From contig CBDDDG010000010.1 in the NCBI GenBank assembly GCA_965226555.1, positions 160,001 to 224,000 of the forward strand: a DNA stretch of 64,000 bases, given 5' to 3'. The notes under the pieces were generated by a model. The model saw only the letters and a list, made by a program, of their open reading frames with translations, ran no database searches and was not told where the DNA came from. Within the stretch, counting starts at the first letter, position 1. Every line of letters begins with the position of its first letter. The DNA is from Salinispira sp. Lineage in GTDB: Bacteria > Spirochaetota > Spirochaetia > DSM-27196 > Salinispiraceae. Below, one piece after another: positions 1 through 8,868 of this stretch. The position numbers were made by a program, and so were the translations under genes.

Positions 1-88
1 TGAGGGGGAGCAGGGCTATAAAGGCCGCAAGGCTTATGAGAATATACAGCATTGTTCGGTTACTGTTTTTTCTGAATGTATTATTCAT
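1..88 (-). CDS. 5' end of a second carbohydrate ABC permease (runs off the window edge)
   Basis: ATG at 88 overlaps the stop of the upstream permease; translates MNNTFRKNSNRTMLYILISLAAFIALLPL, a typical first TM helix of a MalG-type permease. Confidence 0.65.
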   Translation of the reverse strand, partial: MNNTFRKNSNRTMLYILISLAAFIALLPL

Positions 89-1328
89 TATACGAATTCC
101 TCTGCATAATTCTGTTCTGAAACACCGTAAGCAGGAGTACAATACAGAGAAGAATGAGACTCAGCGCCGATGCGTAGCCGAATCGTGAACGCCCGAAAAA
201 TATGGTAAAAATATAAATGCTCAGGGGATCGGCTGCGTTGGCGATGATATTGTTGCGCAGCACCCAAATGTGCGTGAAATTTTTGAATGTTCCGATAATA
301 CCGAGAAGTGTAAGAAAATAGGTGGTCGGACGAAGGAGCGGAAGAACAACGTGAAAAAACACCGCATGCCGGGGGGCTCCATCAACCTTAGCAACCTCAT
401 ACAGCACTTTGGGAATCTGACTCAGCCCATTGGTGAAGATGAGGGCATAATAGCCGATATATACCCACCAACTGAAAAACAATATGGAAACGAGGGCGAG
501 GCTGGGACCCTCTGCCCAAGTATTCCAATACTCGCCGATAATACCCGCAGGGGAAAGCGCCCCGCCTGCGCCAAAGAGTATTCTGAAAATACCCTCCGAT
601 TCAAAAAGCCATTCCTGAGGCGCCATGCCCAGATCTATGAGCAGCTGGTTGGCAAAGCTCTCATGCCGCGCAGAGAACAGGCGCTCAAAAACTGCCGCCC
701 CCGCGACAACAGGAACAATGTAGGGAAGAAGCAGCGCAGTCCGATAAAACTGTTTTCCGGTAAATTTTCTGTTTAAAAGCCAGGCAATATATACACCGCC
801 AGCAAGCTGCAGGGGAACAGAGCCCATACTGTACCAGATTGTTACCCGAAGACTATCGAGCATATTCTGGTCGCCGGCCCGATACAAAACAGGAAGCGCG
901 AAGATCATCAGCATACCTCCTGCCGTAAGAAAACCAACATGAAGCAGCCAGTGAGTACGGGCATTCTGCCAGATAAAACGAAGGCGATGTTCAGTAATGA
1001 ATCGATTTCGGGTTCTCTTCATAACCTGTTCCCGAAAGAGCAGTGAACATCCAATGAGAAGCACGGCGCCAAGTACAAGTACAAACCCCGCTCCCTCACC
1101 GAATATCTGTCGATAATTTTCCAGACCGATAAAGGCATTTTTCTTTATCCGCCATTTGTGCAGGCTTATAAAGAGGGTGTAGAAAAGAGGATATATACCA
1201 AAAACAGCGATAATAATGAAGGCTGGCAGGATGTACAAGTATCCCTCATATTTTCGAAACTGAGTATTCGTTTTATTGATGGGAATTCCGCTCACTGGCA
1301 ATATCAATATATTCCTGCGATATATCAA
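81..1328 (-). CDS. Carbohydrate ABC transporter permease (MalF/UgpA type)
   Basis: YLYILPA..IYPL, FIGLENY, EAA-like motif LYEVAKVDGA, VVLPLLRP, FGYASALS; true start uncertain (GTG 1295 possible). Confidence 0.9.
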   Translation of the reverse strand: MIYRRNILILPVSGIPINKTNTQFRKYEGYLYILPAFIIIAVFGIYPLFYTLFISLHKWRIKKNAFIGLENYRQIFGEGAGFVLVLGAVLLIGCSLLFREQVMKRTRNRFITEHRLRFIWQNARTHWLLHVGFLTAGGMLMIFALPVLYRAGDQNMLDSLRVTIWYSMGSVPLQLAGGVYIAWLLNRKFTGKQFYRTALLLPYIVPVVAGAAVFERLFSARHESFANQLLIDLGMAPQEWLFESEGIFRILFGAGGALSPAGIIGEYWNTWAEGPSLALVSILFFSWWVYIGYYALIFTNGLSQIPKVLYEVAKVDGAPRHAVFFHVVLPLLRPTTYFLTLLGIIGTFKNFTHIWVLRNNIIANAADPLSIYIFTIFFGRSRFGYASALSLILLCIVLLLTVFQNRIMQRNSYNE

Positions 1329-2079
1329 TTCCGATCCACTGCCGCCCGTTCAGTCTGGCCATCTTGCAGGTCGTTCCGCTTCCGCACATTGGATCAAGTA
1401 CCAGATCGCCCGGATTCGTCCACGACAGAATATGATCGCCGGCCAGTTTTTCGGGGAAAATTGCCGGGTGACGGAAAGCTATTTTGTCGGTGGTGCTGCC
1501 GCCGAGACCCACAGCATACTGCCAGATATTTGTCCGTGTCTTTTCTTTTTTGAGTTCAACAGGCCGTTTGCGGTTCACAGCATCCGGACCCTTGTTCGAT
1601 ACAGCAGTTTCCCATCCGTGGCGCCTCGTCGGAACCTTAAGCGGATGAAATGTTTTTGGTTTGCCCTTTGCAAACACAAGCATTAGTTCATAGCAGTTTG
1701 TATACGCATTTGAGCGCATAAAGGGCGTGTTTTTCTTCTGATATATCATCACATCATGGACAAGAAAACCGCAATCTTTCCCGATGAACGCATGATCAAA
1801 ACTGGACAGGCTCCGGCTTCCGCTGATCCGCTCCCCAACGACCCACACACATACACCGCCCGGCTTCGTGACGCGGTAAACCGCAGACAGCATTTCTGCG
1901 GGGTCAAAGGAGTAGCCCCGGTAATTCCGCAGGTCATCATAAGGCGGGCTTGTTACTGTCAGGTCAATTGATGCTTCCTCACAGCTATGGTTGAGTAGAT
2001 CAACAGCATTCCCTGTGTAGAATGAGTTTACCTGCATGGCGGATTTCTGCATGGTCATCAGACTGCTGTGCTGCTCCAT
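1273..2079 (-). CDS. Site-specific DNA methyltransferase (N4-C/N6-A, beta class)
   Basis: TSPPY precedes HPAIFP and DPMCGSGTT; GAGGAG RBS before ATG 2079. Confidence 0.9.
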   Translation of the reverse strand: MEQHSSLMTMQKSAMQVNSFYTGNAVDLLNHSCEEASIDLTVTSPPYDDLRNYRGYSFDPAEMLSAVYRVTKPGGVCVWVVGERISGSRSLSSFDHAFIGKDCGFLVHDVMIYQKKNTPFMRSNAYTNCYELMLVFAKGKPKTFHPLKVPTRRHGWETAVSNKGPDAVNRKRPVELKKEKTRTNIWQYAVGLGGSTTDKIAFRHPAIFPEKLAGDHILSWTNPGDLVLDPMCGSGTTCKMARLNGRQWIGIDISQEYIDIASERNSHQ

Positions 2080-2187
2080 TCCGAATTCTCTCCTCATTTC
2101 TTTGCGCGCCCGTATCAATAGCAGAAAAATTATCATCAACTTCTTTCTGTTTTTTGATTCTATAATCATCCATAACTAACACTTCTC

Positions 2188-2241
2188 GAAATTTTTGCAT
2201 TGGAAAATTGTGCTTGCACAATTTCCAGTAACAAAACTTTC
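2188..2241. mobile_element. ~55-bp palindromic MITE-like element (module A)
   Basis: GAAATTTTTGCATTGGAAAATTGTGC-TT-GCACAATTTCCAGTAACAAAACTTTC; many related copies in the window. Confidence 0.8.
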
Positions 2242-2248
2242 TGGTAAC

Positions 2249-2278
2249 AATTTAATCAATAATCTTACAAAGCGTCAA
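2249..2278 (-). promoter_or_regulatory. Putative sigma70 promoter (duplicate of the one near 5775-5803)
   Basis: TTGACG-N18-TAAATT on the minus strand, upstream of the MITE and MTase. Confidence 0.45.
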
Positions 2279-2397
2279 CTATGGAGGCCAGAACTTCCCC
2301 AGCAATTTTTTTGACAGGATTTTGACAGAATAGTACGGTGTTCACGCCGGAATCGGAGAAGATATGTATTTTGCATCCGGTATATATGCCAGCGCTG

Positions 2398-2808
2398 TTA
2401 TTCCTGTCCGTTTTGCTGAAATGCTCGAATTTCATCATCGCTCAGCCCGGTAACATCCTGAATGTCATGGGCTGAAAATCCTTTGGAAAACATACTGCGG
2501 GCGTTTTTTCTCCGCTCCTCAATATGCCCCTCAGCGCGACCTGCCTGCTGTATTTCCTGCCGCTTTTCCTGTATTTCCTGCCGCTTTTCCTGTATTTCCT
2601 GCCGCTTTTCCTGTATTTCCTGCTGCGCTTCCTGCCGCTTTTCCTGTATTTCCTGCCGCTTTTCCTGTATTTCCTGCTGCGCTTCCTGCCGCATTTCCTT
2701 CGTTTCCTGACGCATTTCCTTCGTTTCCTGCCTGACCTGGGCTTTGACCTCTTTGTAAATTCTCAGTTGCCACGGGAACAGTATTTCTATTCCTTCTTTT
2801 GTAATCAT
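2398..2808 (-). CDS. Nested in-frame small Rpn C-terminal protein (RpnS-like, 136 aa)
   Basis: AAGGAGG 8 nt upstream of the in-frame ATG at 2808. Confidence 0.6.
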   Translation of the reverse strand: MITKEGIEILFPWQLRIYKEVKAQVRQETKEMRQETKEMRQEAQQEIQEKRQEIQEKRQEAQQEIQEKRQEIQEKRQEIQEKRQEIQQAGRAEGHIEERRKNARSMFSKGFSAHDIQDVTGLSDDEIRAFQQNGQE

Positions 2809-3573
2809 ATCAATTACCTCCTTCATAGTGTAATCGTTAACGTTCGTCTCTGAGATGTGTGTATTATAGAGCACATCGCTCATAATGAGCAAGGATTCCT
2901 TCACCTTTTCGCCAGTGTCATGCTGGAGAATGTTCAAAAGATGCTTCGTGAATTCAGCGCAATTATCCTCATTCTTCAAATCTTTGTTGTAGCGCGCAAG
3001 GTAAAAATAGGCAGCCACACGACCGTGGAACTGCAGTATTTTCTCATGTGGGAGCCTATGCACATCAATAACAGGATACTCAAAGATTTGGCGATATGTA
3101 CTCGGAAGGCTCCCAGCCCGCGTGTCTTCCGTCGCGATCTGCGGCCATTTCCGCATTCCCGTGTACAGAACAATGGGGTATACCCAATGATGTTGGTACG
3201 TTTTCGAATTCCGAATATGCTGTTCGAGCATATCGGTGTATACGAATAGGCGCCTGCGCATGGAATAATCGACAGTCGATTGATGTTCCAGAATGATATA
3301 GACGGTTTTCTCTTCCTTCCCGGAGCGAAAGGAAATTTTTGCAACGATATCCGATATTTTGCGCATAAGCTTCTTCAGCTTTTTGTCTCCGAGCTCCCGA
3401 GCGATGAACTCGTTGCTCACAATCGTAATGTTCTCAGGGCGAACATATTGTATCCAATCATCATCGACAAATTGCAGCAGTTGATATATGGATTCAGCAT
3501 CGCCAAACAAGTATTTGTGAGTTTCATCCCATTGTTTTCGCGGCTTTTGATGAGCCTGACTCCGTTTCTTCAT
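2398..3573 (-). CDS. Rpn family PD-(D/E)XK nuclease/putative transposase (subfamily C, intact)
   Basis: ISDIVAKI..YIILEHQSTVDYSMRRRL..YPIVLYTG; C-terminal repeat region and HTH-like tail. Confidence 0.88.
   Translation of the reverse strand: MKKRSQAHQKPRKQWDETHKYLFGDAESIYQLLQFVDDDWIQYVRPENITIVSNEFIARELGDKKLKKLMRKISDIVAKISFRSGKEEKTVYIILEHQSTVDYSMRRRLFVYTDMLEQHIRNSKTYQHHWVYPIVLYTGMRKWPQIATEDTRAGSLPSTYRQIFEYPVIDVHRLPHEKILQFHGRVAAYFYLARYNKDLKNEDNCAEFTKHLLNILQHDTGEKVKESLLIMSDVLYNTHISETNVNDYTMKEVIDMITKEGIEILFPWQLRIYKEVKAQVRQETKEMRQETKEMRQEAQQEIQEKRQEIQEKRQEAQQEIQEKRQEIQEKRQEIQEKRQEIQQAGRAEGHIEERRKNARSMFSKGFSAHDIQDVTGLSDDEIRAFQQNGQE
2545..2730 (-). repeat. 21-bp tandem repeat encoding QEIQEKR/QETKEMR heptads
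   Basis: Repeated tttcctgtatttcctgccgct units. Confidence 0.95.
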
Positions 3574-3625
3574 ATAAGGATAACGGGGGAAATGTTCGTG
3601 GGGATTGAGTTTTTGCGAAAAAAGT

Positions 3626-3913
3626 TTAAAAAATGTAAAAAATTTCTATTTTTTCAGCCCATGTGCACGTTTTAACCACATATTGGTTAACTTCAACAAC
3701 CGCCGTTGCAGACTTCATTTTAGTTTTTGATTCAGGTATCAGCTCTAAAGAAGAAACCAATTTCTGACTTACGCAGGTTCTTTGCGCGCCCGTATCAATA
3801 AGAGCGGTAAAATGTTCAGGTGCCATCTCTTTATCATACGGTGTGATCGGAGAATGAACATGTACTGAGATAATACATTGGTCATTCTCCACACTGCCTT
3901 TATACGAAGGCAT
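3626..3913 (-). CDS. Retropepsin-like (clan AA) aspartyl protease, possibly C-terminally truncated
   Basis: ALIDTGAQRTCVS motif; the distal ILG/GRD-like motif is not seen. Confidence 0.7.
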   Translation of the reverse strand: MPSYKGSVENDQCIISVHVHSPITPYDKEMAPEHFTALIDTGAQRTCVSQKLVSSLELIPESKTKMKSATAVVEVNQYVVKTCTWAEKIEIFYIF

Positions 3914-4172
3914 GTGAATAGTATCCTAAATCGACTATGTTTGTTGTTACCCGCTGAATAGAGAATAGTTTATCATCGTATTTCAGCGTTCCCGCCTGGT
4001 ACGCATCGCCCCAAGTGCTGTAATATCCTTTTATCTCTTTATTTTTCATTAGGGCATACGTCCCGTATTTTTCGGGAGGGATTTTTTTCTCAGCTATCAA
4101 TATATCAATAGCGGAAAAATTATCATCTACTTCTTTCTGTTTTTTGATTCTATAATCATCCATAACTAACAC
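3900..4172 (-). CDS. Small hypothetical protein (DUF5678-like) coupled to the aspartyl protease
   Basis: YGTYALMKNKEIKGYYSTWGDAYQAG; stop overlaps the protease start. Confidence 0.6.
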   Translation of the reverse strand: MLVMDDYRIKKQKEVDDNFSAIDILIAEKKIPPEKYGTYALMKNKEIKGYYSTWGDAYQAGTLKYDDKLFSIQRVTTNIVDLGYYSHAFV

Positions 4173-4232
4173 TCCCCTATGTAATATAACAGAAACTTTG
4201 CGCGCAAACCCACGAATGCAGCCTGCGGGCGC

Positions 4233-5699
4233 TTATTCCCCCGTGGGCGGACGCGCCCCGGTCGCCAAGTCGTAGGCGTAAATTCTGTCATCTTCATCAC
4301 TCATTACCCACATTGTTGTTCCATCCGACCAAATATCAATGCTTTGATTATTTTCACCACCAATCACGTTAAAATCTTTACTACTATCGTGGGTGTTAGA
4401 GCTCAGGGTGTAGGCATAGATTTTCTTATCTTTATTATCCGCCACCCACATGGTTGTTCCATCCGACCAGAGGCCATAGTAGTCAACATTCGCGCTCGTA
4501 AACGTGATATCACTTGTCGTAACTGCTGTTGCAGAGGTCTTGTCAGTTACATCGTAGGCTCTGAGGGACGTACCGCTGGCAGTAAACGTCAGCCACATTG
4601 TTGTGTCATTCGCCCAGATTCCTTGGGGAAAAACAATAGTCGTGAAATCCTTGCCCGTATCGTATGACTGGTCACTCATCTTGTAGGCATAGAATTTGAG
4701 ATCATTCCAATCTGCCACCCACATCGTTGTTCCATCCGACCAGATACCGCGGGCGGAGTTATTCAAGCTAGTAAGCGCAAAATCTTTGTCTTCATCGCGT
4801 TCCTTAGTAATCATGTTGTAGGCATAGATTTTGTCATCAATATTATCCGACACCCACATTGTTGTTCCATCCGACCATATTCCTCCGGGGTCAGTATTCC
4901 CGGCAGCGGCAAGCGTGGTGAAATCGTCTTTGCTGTAGCCATAGGGGTTATAAAAATTGCCGGTGTCGCGGTGAATTCCTCCAACGTCAAAGCCTGCCGC
5001 GTTGTAGCCGTCTTCATCGTAGCCGTCCAGATCGTAGGGTTCATCGGTGTCGCGGTGAATGCCCGCAAGGTTAAAGCCTGCCGCGTTGTAGCCGTCCTTG
5101 TCGTAACCGTACCGGTCGTAGATATCGTCGGTGTCGCGGTGCATACCCATTTCATCAAAACCGTTTGCGTCATAGCCGGTCGAGTCATAGCCCTCTTTGT
5201 CATACCCGGCCGAGTCAAAGCCGTTTGCGTCATAGCCATTCGAGTCGTATTCTGTGCCGTTGCGGTGAATGCCTGCAAGGTTAAAGCCAGCGGCGTTGTA
5301 GCCGTCATTGCCGTAACCGGATCGGTCATATTCCGTGCCAGTGTCTCGGTGATTGCCATCGGCATTAAAGCCCTCTATGTCATGGCCGGTCGAGTCATAG
5401 CCCTCTTTGTCATACCCGGCAGAGTCAAAGCCGTTTGCGTCATAGCCATTCGGGTCGTATTCCGTGCCGGTATCCCGATGAATACCATCGTCATTAAAGC
5501 CGGACGGGTCGTATTCCGTGCCGGTATCTTGATGAATGCCATCGGCATTGAAGCCGTTTGGACCATACATTTCACAGGCCGTGAGAATTAATATTAGGGT
5601 AAACATGAAAAAGAGCCCTCTCAGCAGCTGCGGGCTGAGAAAACGTTTCCTGCTTTCCTTTTGTTTATTATCAGAAATCTGCATACACATATCCTCCAT
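4233..5699 (-). CDS. Repeat-rich lipoprotein with C-terminal beta-propeller-like repeats
   Basis: Lipobox LILTAC; many YDxxGYDxxGFNxxGIHRDT repeats; GIWSDGTTMWV repeats. Confidence 0.8.
   Translation of the reverse strand: MEDMCMQISDNKQKESRKRFLSPQLLRGLFFMFTLILILTACEMYGPNGFNADGIHQDTGTEYDPSGFNDDGIHRDTGTEYDPNGYDANGFDSAGYDKEGYDSTGHDIEGFNADGNHRDTGTEYDRSGYGNDGYNAAGFNLAGIHRNGTEYDSNGYDANGFDSAGYDKEGYDSTGYDANGFDEMGMHRDTDDIYDRYGYDKDGYNAAGFNLAGIHRDTDEPYDLDGYDEDGYNAAGFDVGGIHRDTGNFYNPYGYSKDDFTTLAAAGNTDPGGIWSDGTTMWVSDNIDDKIYAYNMITKERDEDKDFALTSLNNSARGIWSDGTTMWVADWNDLKFYAYKMSDQSYDTGKDFTTIVFPQGIWANDTTMWLTFTASGTSLRAYDVTDKTSATAVTTSDITFTSANVDYYGLWSDGTTMWVADNKDKKIYAYTLSSNTHDSSKDFNVIGGENNQSIDIWSDGTTMWVMSDEDDRIYAYDLATGARPPTGE
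4930..5560 (-). repeat. Intragenic tandem repeats with near-exact internal duplication
   Basis: 5176-5257 is nearly identical to 5386-5467. Confidence 0.85.
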
Positions 5700-5713
5700 A
5701 CAGAATTATAGTA

Positions 5714-5767
5714 GAAACTTTTGCATTGAAAAATTGCGCGTGCGCAATTTCCAGTAGCAAAACTTTC
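5714..5767. mobile_element. MITE module A in the 5' leader of the lipoprotein gene
   Basis: GAAACTTTTGCATTGAAAAATTGCGC-GT-GCGCAATTTCCAGTAGCAAAACTTTC; compensatory stem changes relative to other copies. Confidence 0.8.
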
Positions 5768-5877
5768 TGGAATAGTTTAATCAATAATTTTACAAAGCGT
5801 CAACTATGTAGGAGAAATTTTTTGGGAGTATGGCGCGTGTATGGGTGAATTGTCGTATATTTATGTCGTATATTACA

Positions 5878-7086
5878 ATGATGAAAATTCCATTAGCAAA
5901 GCTGAGCACGACTGAACGCCGAACATATGTGCTGGACAGCACGCGGGGAGCTGTGGACGGGGTACTCCTCAGCCTTGAACAATCCGTATTTCTCCTTGTT
6001 GCCATACAGTTTTTTGCTGTCGCAGATATTTATACATCACTCATTACATCGTCCAGATTTATCGGGCTTTTTATGACCGTTTTTCTTCCTTCGCTTTTCG
6101 GCAGGCGCGGATGGACAAAATCGTTTCTGGTGGGTACGAACACTCTGTTGGCCGGATGCTTTCTCATACTTTCGGCAACAGATGAAGTATTCTTTGTTCC
6201 GGGCATCGTTCTGCACCTCATACTCATAGCAGTGCGCACGCCTCTGCTCACGGCAATTTATGAAGAAAACTACGCAAAGAACAGGCGGGGGCGCTTATAT
6301 TCTACCGGCGTGATGCTCAGTATTATCTGCGGACTCGCTACCGGTTTCATTTCCGCCAACCTGCTGGAAAAGGACATTACCCTTTACCGCATTCTGTTCA
6401 TATTCATTGGCCTGCTCACCATCATCAGCGGGCTCCTGTTTCTCAAGGTGCCCTCCGACAAGCTTCGGGAAAACAATCATCCTCTCAAGGATCTCAAGCT
6501 TCTGGTCAGGAACAAATTGTTCGGACTCATGAGCCTGAGCTGGTCCATAGTGGGTTTTGCAAACCTCTGGTCACTGCCGCTGAGGGTCGTACACCTTGCC
6601 GATCCTGAACGCGGGCTCAATTTTTCACCGTTTTTAGTTATATTGGTTCTGAGTATTTTCCCCAACCTGATACGGATACTGCTTAATTATTACTGGGCAG
6701 GACATTTCGACAGGCATCATTTTCTCCGCATGCGTATAACGCTCAATGTATTTATTGCCGGCGGTATTTTAATTTTTTTCCTTGGAAAAACCCTCATTGC
6801 CGTCTCCATCGGCTCAATCATCATGAGCATCGGATTTGCCGGAGGAGCGTATCTATGGAATTTGTGGGTAATGAAAATTGCCCCGCCGGGCGAAACACAG
6901 CATTATATGACTGCCCACACCTTCCTCGCCGGATTACGGGGTATGGTTTCTCCCTTTCTGGGTGTTTTCGCAGCGCAGATCGTGAATCTGCAGGGAATCG
7001 GCATTATCTCATTCGGTATAATGTTTGCGGGAAGCCTCGTACTTCTTCCCTCCCTGAAGGCTTTGGAGGCTCTGGAGAAAACCTGA
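5878..7086 (+). CDS. MFS transporter
   Basis: About 12 hydrophobic segments; RRGRLYS loop motif. Confidence 0.8.
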   Translation: MMKIPLAKLSTTERRTYVLDSTRGAVDGVLLSLEQSVFLLVAIQFFAVADIYTSLITSSRFIGLFMTVFLPSLFGRRGWTKSFLVGTNTLLAGCFLILSATDEVFFVPGIVLHLILIAVRTPLLTAIYEENYAKNRRGRLYSTGVMLSIICGLATGFISANLLEKDITLYRILFIFIGLLTIISGLLFLKVPSDKLRENNHPLKDLKLLVRNKLFGLMSLSWSIVGFANLWSLPLRVVHLADPERGLNFSPFLVILVLSIFPNLIRILLNYYWAGHFDRHHFLRMRITLNVFIAGGILIFFLGKTLIAVSIGSIIMSIGFAGGAYLWNLWVMKIAPPGETQHYMTAHTFLAGLRGMVSPFLGVFAAQIVNLQGIGIISFGIMFAGSLVLLPSLKALEALEKT

Positions 7087-7097
7087 GGTTGGGTGAA

Positions 7098-8294
7098 TTA
7101 TAAAACCCCGAAACTGTCGATCATCGGAATGAGGGTGGTACGGTTCAGCCATGTCTCAGGTATGCCCAAGGCTCCCTCTATGCCGTACATGGCTCCCGCA
7201 AGAGCGCCAAGAAATACCGCCCGTCCGCAGGTGTCGCCGCTTGCAAGAATGTTTACCCGCGCCGCCTCCGTGAAACTTCCGGTATTCAGCAGTATGTGGA
7301 GGCAGAGCGGAACAGCCATGTCCACGTGGCAGGCAGCGCCGAAGGTCTTCGTGGCATCGCGGTAATTGAGCGCGGGATAGTCCATGGCCTGCCGTATGAG
7401 TTTCTGAGAGGCTGATGGCAGCGTATCCAGATGCTCAATGACCAATTGCCGCAGACATTCCTGAATTGCCGATCCATCAGCATGCTGATTCTGATTCTGA
7501 TGCTGATTTCGGGCGGCGTCATCATAAAGATCGGCAAGAATACGGGCCATAAATACGGCATGGGCAACACAAAGATCATTGTCGTTGGTAATGCGCACTG
7601 CTTTTTCAAGTTCGGTTTCACGTTCATCGGCATTGTACATGTAGGCAAGGAGCGCCGAGCGGGTCAGACCGGGCATTTGATCATCATCGGTACCGGTGGT
7701 CATTTCGATGTCGGCAACGGCATCGACGAGGCTGTCGACCAGCGCAAGCTCATTTCGGGAAAATTCATGGAGTTTGAGGGCATTTTTTATTGTTGCCTTG
7801 AGATCATCGCTTGTGTGTTCGAAAAAATAGCGGCCGATATATCCTGCAACAATATCTTTCTTATCGTCCGGAAGATCGGAGGATGTTTCCATAACCTTTT
7901 TCTGTATGGATTTGCTGATGGTGGTGATATTGAAAATTGTTTCCCTCATTGGCGTATCGGCATATCCGACATATTCGCCGCCAATGCCATAGTATTCCTG
8001 AAAGGCGCGTATGTAGTTGCCAACTGAAAACTTCCCATCCTCAATCGATTTGAACAATACATAATAATACGAACCGTAGTTAGAACAATCGCCGGCCTTC
8101 TTGAGCGGATGCGCGAAAAATGACGGTACACCCTTATAGTTTTCCCTGTCGGGTTCCAGAAATTCCGGCTCTCCCCCATGTTTTTTCACAACCGCGGCAA
8201 TTTTGCCCTGCGAATATATCCAGTGCAGTCCCATGGCTGCCGCATCTGCTGCCAGCGTTCCATAAATTGCTGCCTTTACTCTTTCCCTGTTCAT
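7098..8294 (-). CDS. ADP-ribosylglycohydrolase family protein
   Basis: GTLAADAAAMGLHWIY and SGDTCGRAVFLGALAGAMYG..GIPETW motifs; GGAGG RBS. Confidence 0.85.
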   Translation of the reverse strand: MNRERVKAAIYGTLAADAAAMGLHWIYSQGKIAAVVKKHGGEPEFLEPDRENYKGVPSFFAHPLKKAGDCSNYGSYYYVLFKSIEDGKFSVGNYIRAFQEYYGIGGEYVGYADTPMRETIFNITTISKSIQKKVMETSSDLPDDKKDIVAGYIGRYFFEHTSDDLKATIKNALKLHEFSRNELALVDSLVDAVADIEMTTGTDDDQMPGLTRSALLAYMYNADERETELEKAVRITNDNDLCVAHAVFMARILADLYDDAARNQHQNQNQHADGSAIQECLRQLVIEHLDTLPSASQKLIRQAMDYPALNYRDATKTFGAACHVDMAVPLCLHILLNTGSFTEAARVNILASGDTCGRAVFLGALAGAMYGIEGALGIPETWLNRTTLIPMIDSFGVL

Positions 8295-8418
8295 ATAACC
8301 TCCGGTGATGTGCATATCCTACACAGATGCACATCTTTCTTCAATATGATACAATACGGTAATATCATTCTGGAGCAATGCCCAGCCATGAGTATCTTTC
8401 AAAGAGGTTTACACACCT

Positions 8419-8868
8419 GTGAATCTGGTTTTAATATCAGCAACAATCAGTTGGTTGGTAACGCAATGTATCAAAACTCTCATACATGCTCTTTTCAGGA
8501 AAACCCCGAGCGGTTTACCTGACATTATTACCGGTCTTTTATGGCAGACCGGAGGCATGCCCTCAAGCCATGGCGCGCTGGTTACCGCGCTCACTGTGAG
8601 TATTGGAATCCTCGAAGGTACAGGAAGCAGTGTATTTGTGTTATCGCTTTTTTTCGGCATCATCGTTATTCGCGACTCTCTCGGCGTTCGCCTGTCCAGC
8701 GGCAGGCAAGCGCATACCTTAAATAAACTGGGAAAGAATCTTAAAAAGAAATTTGCGATTGATTTTACTGGTGTCAAGGAAGTTCATGGGCATACCCCCC
8801 TAGAAGTACTCGTAGGAATGCTGATAGGCGGAACAATTGCTCTCATTGTCAGTACCCTTTCCGCATGA
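8419..8868 (+). CDS. Divergent PAP2 family protein (DUF212)
   Basis: TGGMPSSH, RDSLGVR, GHTPLEV motifs. Confidence 0.9.
   Translation: MNLVLISATISWLVTQCIKTLIHALFRKTPSGLPDIITGLLWQTGGMPSSHGALVTALTVSIGILEGTGSSVFVLSLFFGIIVIRDSLGVRLSSGRQAHTLNKLGKNLKKKFAIDFTGVKEVHGHTPLEVLVGMLIGGTIALIVSTLSA

Noticed and set aside
2080..2169. N-terminal extension of the MTase in the ORF track
   Set aside because: It is an out-of-frame reading of the duplicated small-gene fragment; a good RBS precedes 2079
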